64,000 nucleotides of DNA, from positions 1,248,001 to 1,312,000 of the forward strand of contig OY760907.1 in the NCBI GenBank assembly GCA_963664195.1, written 5' to 3'. The stretch is from an uncultured candidate division Zixibacteria bacterium (GTDB lineage: Bacteria > Zixibacteria > MSB-5A5 > GN15 > FEB-12). Within the stretch, counting starts at the first letter, position 1; each line of letters begins with the position of its first letter. The position numbers were made by a program, and so were the translations under genes. A model generated the notes under the pieces. The model was not told where the DNA came from. It did no database searches and saw only the letters and a program-made list of their open reading frames with translations. This document shows positions 58,672 through 64,000 of this stretch, one piece after another.

Positions 58672-60666
58672 CTATCCTCGCCGGATAATGATCGTTTCTA
58701 TCACGTCGCCCTTCACAATACTATCCACTACATCTATCCCTTCCAGAACCTGTCCGAACACCGTGTAGTTCGCGTCCAGTCGCGGTTGCGGTGAGAGAGT
58801 GATGAAAAACTGTGAGCCGCCGGTGTCCTTGCCCGAGGTGGCAATACCGACTGTACCGCGAATGTATGGTCTGTCTGAGTATTCACATCGAATATACCAC
58901 GGGGGACCGCCCCAACCGTCGCCGCGCGGGTCTCCCCCCTGGATGACGAAATTCGGCACCACGCGATGAAACCTCAGACCGTCATAAAAGCCGTCCTCGG
59001 CCAGTTCAATGAAATTCATCACCGTCAGCGGCGCGACATCAAAAACCAGCTCAATCTCAATGTCCCCTTTCGAGGTACGAATAATCGCCTCCGGATTGAC
59101 CTTGTACCTTGTAATCGCTTTTGCGATCTCACGTTCGGTTACGCGCGTCTCGGCTGGCGCGGCCAGATTGTCACGGTTCTGTCCGCTCTTGGCCTTGTAC
59201 ATGGCGGCAGCCTCTCGGCGGACGATGTAATCCGGATCGAACAGTTCCTTGATCAGCAGAGCCGTCATGACACTGTCACTGCCAGCCTTTTCGTACAACT
59301 CGCCGACCGCCTCTACCAGCGAACGACGAATATCAATGTCGATCCCGCCCCCGAGATTGATCATGGCCTCAATATCCGGAAGGTATGCCGTCAGCTTGTG
59401 GGTCGATATCTGGTTCAGGGCCAGTACCACCGGAATCGGATCCGGGTCGACCAATCCTTTCTGAATGTAGAAATCCAGATTAGTCGAGTCGAGCGTCACC
59501 AGCACTTCGAACGCACTCCCCCGAACCATCGGGTCCTCGTCGCTAAACAATACCGCCACTCTGGAGATCACGCTGGTTTCATTAACCAGTCCCAGCGCGT
59601 CGGCACAGGCAGCCCTGACCTGCGCCACCGGCTTTCCGTTGAGAACGGAATCGATCAACGCAACCGCCCGATCCTTCTGGACCGCAGCAAGGTAGGTCAC
59701 GGAAGCCGCGACGATGTTATCGCTCACACCGGACCGCACGTGCATTCTTGCATCCTCTGCCGACAGATTGCTTTCGAGTGCCTGTAGGGCGTTCAGAATA
59801 CTCACGATTAGCTTCTCGTCAGTAGTGCGTCGCAACTTGGCAGAGAGGTAATCCCCTGCCCGGTTGCCGCCGAGCACGCGAAGTCCGGCAACGGCCTGCG
59901 CCACCACTCGATTGTCACTGTCGTTTAGCGACAGGGCCAGCAGCCGTTCGGCATCGGGGGAGGTCGACCGCGCCAATCCTGCCAGGGCCAACATGCGGGC
60001 ATGCGGGTCGGGGTCGGTCTGGTAGCGGATGAACACATCGGCGGCTTTTTCTATCTGAAGCCGGGACAGCGTGTACAACGCCGCCAACGATGCGGACTTG
60101 TCTTTTTCAGCCTCAATGAACGGAATCAATTGCTCCGCAGTCCGCCGGGCATTGGCATTAAGCAGCGCAAGGCAGGCCGAGACACGAACTTCCGGCGCCG
60201 GATGCACAAGGTAACTGACCAGTTCATTGGCAACTTCAGGCATAGTCGAGTCTGCCAACCGACCGGCAGCTTCCACAGCCTTGGCCGTGATACTCGCCGG
60301 GAGGTTCTGTGCTGCCGCAAGGAGCGGCATCGCGAGCTCTTTCTGCCCGGTCAACCCTATCCCGAACGCAGCCGTACCGGCAACACGGATTTCAGGATCG
60401 TTGACCATCTTCATCAGCAAAGGGCCTGCCTCGACCCCGCCTATACGACCCACTGCCAGGATGGCACGCTTGCGGACCTCGACCGAGTCATGCTCAAGAA
60501 ACGCTTCCAGGTCGGTGTCCAGAGTCCGTTGATCCTCAAGATGAATGATTTCAGCGAGTAGCTCCGGAGTCGTGCGCTCACGGAATACATCCCACAGGGA
60601 GTAGGCAGCGAGGGCGAACAGAACCACGGCGCCCACTGTCGCAATTGCGGTAAGTTTTGATTTCAT
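58672..60666 (-). CDS. HEAT-repeat cyclophilin-type peptidylprolyl isomerase
   Basis: HEAT repeats then FHRVVPNFVIQGGDP, DTGGSQFFI, YTVFGQV. Confidence 0.92.
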   Translation of the reverse strand: MKSKLTAIATVGAVVLFALAAYSLWDVFRERTTPELLAEIIHLEDQRTLDTDLEAFLEHDSVEVRKRAILAVGRIGGVEAGPLLMKMVNDPEIRVAGTAAFGIGLTGQKELAMPLLAAAQNLPASITAKAVEAAGRLADSTMPEVANELVSYLVHPAPEVRVSACLALLNANARRTAEQLIPFIEAEKDKSASLAALYTLSRLQIEKAADVFIRYQTDPDPHARMLALAGLARSTSPDAERLLALSLNDSDNRVVAQAVAGLRVLGGNRAGDYLSAKLRRTTDEKLIVSILNALQALESNLSAEDARMHVRSGVSDNIVAASVTYLAAVQKDRAVALIDSVLNGKPVAQVRAACADALGLVNETSVISRVAVLFSDEDPMVRGSAFEVLVTLDSTNLDFYIQKGLVDPDPIPVVLALNQISTHKLTAYLPDIEAMINLGGGIDIDIRRSLVEAVGELYEKAGSDSVMTALLIKELFDPDYIVRREAAAMYKAKSGQNRDNLAAPAETRVTEREIAKAITRYKVNPEAIIRTSKGDIEIELVFDVAPLTVMNFIELAEDGFYDGLRFHRVVPNFVIQGGDPRGDGWGGPPWYIRCEYSDRPYIRGTVGIATSGKDTGGSQFFITLSPQPRLDANYTVFGQVLEGIDVVDSIVKGDVIETIIIRRG

Positions 60667-60769
60667 AAGTGGTTCGAATCTACGGAGCCCGCTTTTCAGC
60701 GTCAACTCTTTTAATCACGGCCGCTCTGTAGGTTATGAGCCTGAAGAGGCGGGGCGACACCCGTGCCAC

Positions 60770-60799
60770 AAAAAAAGCCCCTGATGGTCAGTCAGGGGC
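60770..60799 (-). terminator. intrinsic terminator
   Basis: GCCCCTGA...TCAGGGGC followed by T-run on minus. Confidence 0.8.
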
Positions 60800-61041
60800 A
60801 AGTGGTCTAACAATACAGTGGTATTTTTGTGGGTCGTATTGTTGCTACACGTCAAGCAAACCCTGTGCCCTCACGACGAGTTGCCACGCTCTCTCGTAAG
60901 TAGTTGGCCGAACCAAGTTTACTCGCTAAGACTACCGGCGGACCCGTCCGCCTGTGCAACAGTGTTCAGTTTTTGAACAGACCAATTCGCACTCCCCCTG
61001 CTCGCTCGTTTCACAGGTCAGACAGAATCTGTCGAACAGAC

Positions 61042-61076
61042 AAAAAACGGCCCCCGAACGCTTTCACGCCGGAGGC
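61042..61076 (-). terminator. intrinsic terminator after TonB receptor gene
   Basis: GGCCTCCG...CGGGGGCC followed by T6 on minus. Confidence 0.65.
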
Positions 61077-61107
61077 CCACTGTCCCTGGATATCAGAGGC
61101 ATCCGTG

Positions 61108-63558
61108 CTAGATACTAGAATTTAGACTGAATACGAAGCTGCGTCCCGCCTCTGGAATCGGATTGTCCGGGTTGCGACCGTTGAACGGCTCCGAATACAC
61201 TTCGTCGAATAGATTGTTGCCGGAAATCGACAACCGAACATTCTTATACAACGTCACACCGGCAGTTGCGCTGACAACCGTAAACCCTTTCGTCGCAATA
61301 TCATCAAGCGCGGCCACGTCCGGAATGCGGTCCTGATCTTCCACACGACGCAATGTGAACTCGCCGAACAGGCCGTGCTGACTGTGACGGTATCCGGCCG
61401 AGAGCGTCGTCTTGATCGGCGAGACAAACAACGGCTGATCATCGGTTTTGTTCTGACCATGCTGATATGTGAAGGAGAGACTTCCGTACACACCGTTGTA
61501 CAGATTAGCCTCGATCATGGTCTCTATACCGTAGATGTTGACATCCTCGACGTTTTCGTACCGCCAGAGCCGTGTCGAATCACCACCCGGATGTGAGGGC
61601 GGAAGAGTCTGAAAATTCTGCAACTGGGTAAAGTCGTTGTAGTCGCTCCAGAATCCTATCAGCGAGTAATTCACCTGCGGATGCACAGCCTTGAAACCGG
61701 CATCAATTGTTACCGAGCGCTCCGGCTTGATGTCCGGATTCGGGCGCGTTTCACGATTCGATGCGGACCCGTAGTAGAAACGCTCAACCACATTCGGCAC
61801 GCGGTAGGCAGTCCCGACATTGGACACGGCGTTGATACCCTCACCGAGTGGATACACTGCCCCCACTGATCCGTTCATCGCTGTGTAGGATTCGTCTTCA
61901 GTCGGCAGCGGGGCACCGTCGCCGTCACTGTCCACATACCCCGGAGTTTCCTCCGTGTTGACTGTGAAGTGATCAAGGCGCGTACCTGCAGTCAGTTGCA
62001 TCTTGTCAAGTTTGAGTTCCGACGCGGCATACAACCCGGCCGAATACCAGCGGTTCTTCGGAACCGAGGACCCCGTCTCGGTAACGATCTTGGACATGCC
62101 GGGGGGAAGGTCTCCTACCGGACCAGACATCTCTGTCATCGAAGTCACCTGACCGTCGATCTTCTCCATGTAGCTGTCAATGCCAAACGTCACCGTCGTC
62201 TTCTCAGAGAACTGGTACAGCTCCTGGAAATTGAGACCAATCTTGGTTACCTCCGTTTCGTTAATCGACGACAGCGGATTGATTGATCCTCCGGGCCCCA
62301 TGTTGATCAGAATACCGTCGAGGAAATCGGTCAGGAATTCCTTCGAGATTTTCTCGTAGTACAACCGGGCTTCCATCCGTGCCATGCGCTTGGTGATGCC
62401 GTTGCCGGTATAGCTAATCGCGAAATTGTCCCGGTCATGGTTAGGATAGAAAAACAGGAACGGCGTGGCCACGTTCGGAACACCGGGGTAGCCGATATCG
62501 TTTGCCCGGAAAGCGCCAAAGTCGAGATCCAGACGGTGCTTGTTCGAAATCTTGTAACCGAACTTGGCGTCGTAGTTGTTCACTCGCGCCTCGGAGTTGG
62601 CCAGACGGTCCCGCGAGAAGTTTGTCCCCTGCGCCGCGTTCAGGCTGTCGTAGAACTCCGGACGAAACACCGAGTAGCGACCATCCTCAGACTGCCAGTC
62701 ATCCGGCGGGGAGTAGTCCTTGCGCGCCTCACGGTACTGAATCCCCACCGATGCCGAGATGCGCTTGGCCTTTACTCCGAGGTCTATTCTGTTGGAATGC
62801 TGTTCGTCCGCTGTGGAGTAGCGGCCGCTGTACTTCGCAAACGGCGTCGGTTCACCGTTGAAGTCGTTCTTCTTCGTAATGATGTTGATCACACCGGCCA
62901 TGGCATCCGAGCCGTACAGAACCGAGGACGGGCCGTTGACTACTTCTACCCGCTCGATTTCGCTCGGGTCGACAAGCGACATGGAGACTCCAGCGAAGTC
63001 AGATACATCGCGCTGATCATTTAGCCGCTCACCGTCGACCAGCACCAGAATACGTGTGCCGTACAACCCGCGAATAACCGGACGCGCGCGGAACGGGCCA
63101 GCGTCGTTCATATCCATCCCAGGGAAGTCGCGGATGATGTCGGACACTATCGTGTGTCCCTTGGACTCGATCTGCTCCGAGTTCGCCGCGGTTATTGGCT
63201 GAGCGACCTTATAGGCCGCCTTCTCGTACCGATTGGCCGTTACTACAATGGTGTTGAGCTGCGACATCGAAATCTGGAGGAAGATGATATTGTCCAGACC
63301 GGGGGCCATTCTTGTATTCGCCACGGTTGCATAACCGACATGACTGACCGTCACACTGATCGGCCCGTCGATATCCTTGGCGGTAAACTCGCCGTTGTCA
63401 TCGGTCTGTAACAGCACGGCGCCGTCATTCACGGAAACGGTCGCTCCCACGAGCGGCTGATCATCGACCGCCGAGCGGACTGTTCCGGTCAGCGTCTCGG
63501 CCATAGTGCCGACGGTGAGACAGCACACTATCAGAGTAATTAGCAGTAGAGTTTTCAT
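61108..63558 (-). CDS. TonB-dependent receptor
   Basis: IVVTANR, RPVIRG, ERVEVVNGPSSVLYGSDAMAGVINIIT, NPDIKPE. Confidence 0.95.
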   Translation of the reverse strand: MKTLLLITLIVCCLTVGTMAETLTGTVRSAVDDQPLVGATVSVNDGAVLLQTDDNGEFTAKDIDGPISVTVSHVGYATVANTRMAPGLDNIIFLQISMSQLNTIVVTANRYEKAAYKVAQPITAANSEQIESKGHTIVSDIIRDFPGMDMNDAGPFRARPVIRGLYGTRILVLVDGERLNDQRDVSDFAGVSMSLVDPSEIERVEVVNGPSSVLYGSDAMAGVINIITKKNDFNGEPTPFAKYSGRYSTADEQHSNRIDLGVKAKRISASVGIQYREARKDYSPPDDWQSEDGRYSVFRPEFYDSLNAAQGTNFSRDRLANSEARVNNYDAKFGYKISNKHRLDLDFGAFRANDIGYPGVPNVATPFLFFYPNHDRDNFAISYTGNGITKRMARMEARLYYEKISKEFLTDFLDGILINMGPGGSINPLSSINETEVTKIGLNFQELYQFSEKTTVTFGIDSYMEKIDGQVTSMTEMSGPVGDLPPGMSKIVTETGSSVPKNRWYSAGLYAASELKLDKMQLTAGTRLDHFTVNTEETPGYVDSDGDGAPLPTEDESYTAMNGSVGAVYPLGEGINAVSNVGTAYRVPNVVERFYYGSASNRETRPNPDIKPERSVTIDAGFKAVHPQVNYSLIGFWSDYNDFTQLQNFQTLPPSHPGGDSTRLWRYENVEDVNIYGIETMIEANLYNGVYGSLSFTYQHGQNKTDDQPLFVSPIKTTLSAGYRHSQHGLFGEFTLRRVEDQDRIPDVAALDDIATKGFTVVSATAGVTLYKNVRLSISGNNLFDEVYSEPFNGRNPDNPIPEAGRSFVFSLNSSI

Positions 63559-63700
63559 AGCTCCTTCTTCCCGGTATGTTGCTAAGCGATATCGATATAA
63601 GGATTATGGAGACCGGAGTTGTCACGCTGATGTCATGGAGAAGACGACACTGTCGAATTCTTGCTTTCGACGGGCGCACTGACGCTGTCTCTCCGAGTGC

Positions 63701-63759
63701 CACCCTCAAACGACTCATGCAATCGACCGACCGGCTGACTTGTGCGGAGTTTGAGGGTG
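63701..63759. repeat. CACCCTCAAAC/GTTTGAGGGTG palindrome, same family as 54684-54744
   Basis: 11-bp perfect IR matching the earlier element. Confidence 0.6.
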
Positions 63760-63854
63760 CTCTTGAACCTGGAGATTGCTACTGTCGACTGAAGAACACC
63801 CTCATGGTCACCATGAAAGTGGCACGCGACAGGTGAATTCTGCTGTCTCGATGA

Positions 63855-64000
63855 CTATTTCTTCGAACGGGCGAACTTGCGGGCGGCCCTCTCCAATCGT
63901 GGATCGGTCAGACCCTTAAGCGCTGTATTGAGTTGAGTGATTTGGTCGTCAGTGAGACAGTTTAGCTCGTTTGGGAACTTGCCGGATTCGATTCGAGAGG
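63855..64000 (-). CDS. possible 3' end of a gene entering from the right edge
   Basis: Open frame SRIESGKFPNEL...RKFARSKK-stop. Confidence 0.35.
   Translation of the reverse strand, partial: SRIESGKFPNELNCLTDDQITQLNTALKGLTDPRLERAARKFARSKK

Noticed and set aside
1..64000. CRISPR array, rRNA or tRNA genes
   Set aside because: No regularly spaced repeats or recognisable rRNA/tRNA sequence seen by eye

Overview
64 kb of a bacterial chromosome, probably an anaerobic diderm (TonB receptors, FadL, Wzi/Wza, sigma54 promoters); taxonomy cannot be fixed from sequence alone. Left part (1-11480, by eye lower GC): accessory region abutting the 3' end of a tmRNA gene, with att-like signals, an IS3 element, a sigma54 activator and an ArsR-preceded tusA-mvhD-hdrL-hdrA-wHTH-hdrC-CCG-dsrE heterodisulfide-reductase-like sulfur/redox cluster. 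Directly upstream of the tmRNA, behind a promoter and a boxA-like element, is a ~270-nt highly structured non-coding region I cannot assign to a known RNA family. The rest is mostly housekeeping: K+ transport, GNATs, epimerases, AmrB/AmrA fusion, SPFH/NfeD, an IS256 with 9-bp TSD, a redox operon, sigma54-driven exopolysaccharide genes, FadL plus lipoprotein, bshB1, reverse transsulfuration genes, greA, a TPP-riboswitch thiamine uptake pair and a second TonB receptor. Most notable items missing from the ORF track or from routine annotation: an unannotated 79-aa membrane protein with an in-frame UGA followed by a SECIS-like hairpin (candidate selenoprotein, 32073-32312), the structured RNA before ssrA, a REP-flanked two-gene cassette with a stand-alone class III nucleotidyl cyclase (candidate defence module), an amidase/lipoprotein pair and two apparent pseudoenzymes. 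Several small frameshifts may be real decay or sequencing error. Family calls come from motif recognition by eye, not database searches.
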